Shown here: positions 63,877 to 64,000 of the stretch, piece after piece | Layout of the letters: the number at the start of each line of letters is the position of its first letter | Numbering within the stretch: the stretch's first letter is position 1 | Source: Ylistrum balloti | Taxonomy: Eukaryota | Assembly (NCBI RefSeq): GCF_031769215.1 | Contig: NW_026782193.1 | Span: forward strand, 1,054,001 to 1,118,000 | Length of the DNA stretch: 64,000 nt | Direction: 5' to 3' | Translations under genes and position numbers: made by a program | Notes under the pieces: generated by a model | Databases searched by the model: none | Told to the model about the DNA's origin: nothing | Seen by the model: the letters and a program-made list of their open reading frames with translations, nothing else

Positions 63877-64000
63877 ATGGGGACTTTATTTGAGTGTCTT
63901 CGTGAAGCACGTCTTGAGAAATACTATCCAACTCTACGAGTAAATGGGATCACAAAATCTGAATCACTGGCAAAACTCACCCTAGAAGACTGTGAAGCTA
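63877..64000 (+). CDS. KIF24: N-terminal SAM-like domain of a KIF24-like kinesin-13 gene (partial, runs off the right edge)
   Basis: MGTLFECLREARLEKYYPTLRVNGITKSESLAKLTLEDCEA aligns with the recalled human KIF24 start MASWLYECLCEAELAQYYSHFTALGLQKIDELAKITMKDY. Acceptor ttttttag at 63844 precedes it. The head-to-head position next to NUDT2 matches human. Only 41 codons are visible, so another SAM protein cannot be excluded. Confidence 0.75.
   Translation, partial: MGTLFECLREARLEKYYPTLRVNGITKSESLAKLTLEDCEA

Overview
This is AT-rich eukaryotic (metazoan) genomic DNA with GT-AG introns, not prokaryotic DNA. The repeat landscape suggests a bivalve mollusc, which is an inference. Five conserved genes can be reconstructed by hand: (1) the first two coding exons of DmX-like/Rabconnectin-3alpha (DMXL, minus strand, running off the left edge); (2) a complete 18-exon KHDC4/BLOM7 splicing-factor gene (minus, about 940 aa); (3) a complete 5-exon signal-peptide cyclophilin (PPIB/PPIC-like, plus, 227 aa); (4) a complete 2-coding-exon NUDT2 Ap4A hydrolase (minus, 147 aa); (5) the start of a KIF24-like SAM-domain gene (plus, running off the right edge), head-to-head with NUDT2 as in human. 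A candidate orphan gene lies near 14.4-15.0 kb. Mobile DNA includes an L1/Tx1-clade LINE with a textbook twin-priming 5' inversion that breaks at the YADD motif, with a 16-bp TSD and poly(A); a CR1 fragment interrupted by an internally deleted L2/Crack-like LINE; Helentron/HINE-like elements; MITEs; and many minisatellites. One 173-nt N gap lies at 20731-20903. Most entries in the supplied ORF track are repeat-derived or spurious. All homology calls are from recalled protein sequences, not database searches.
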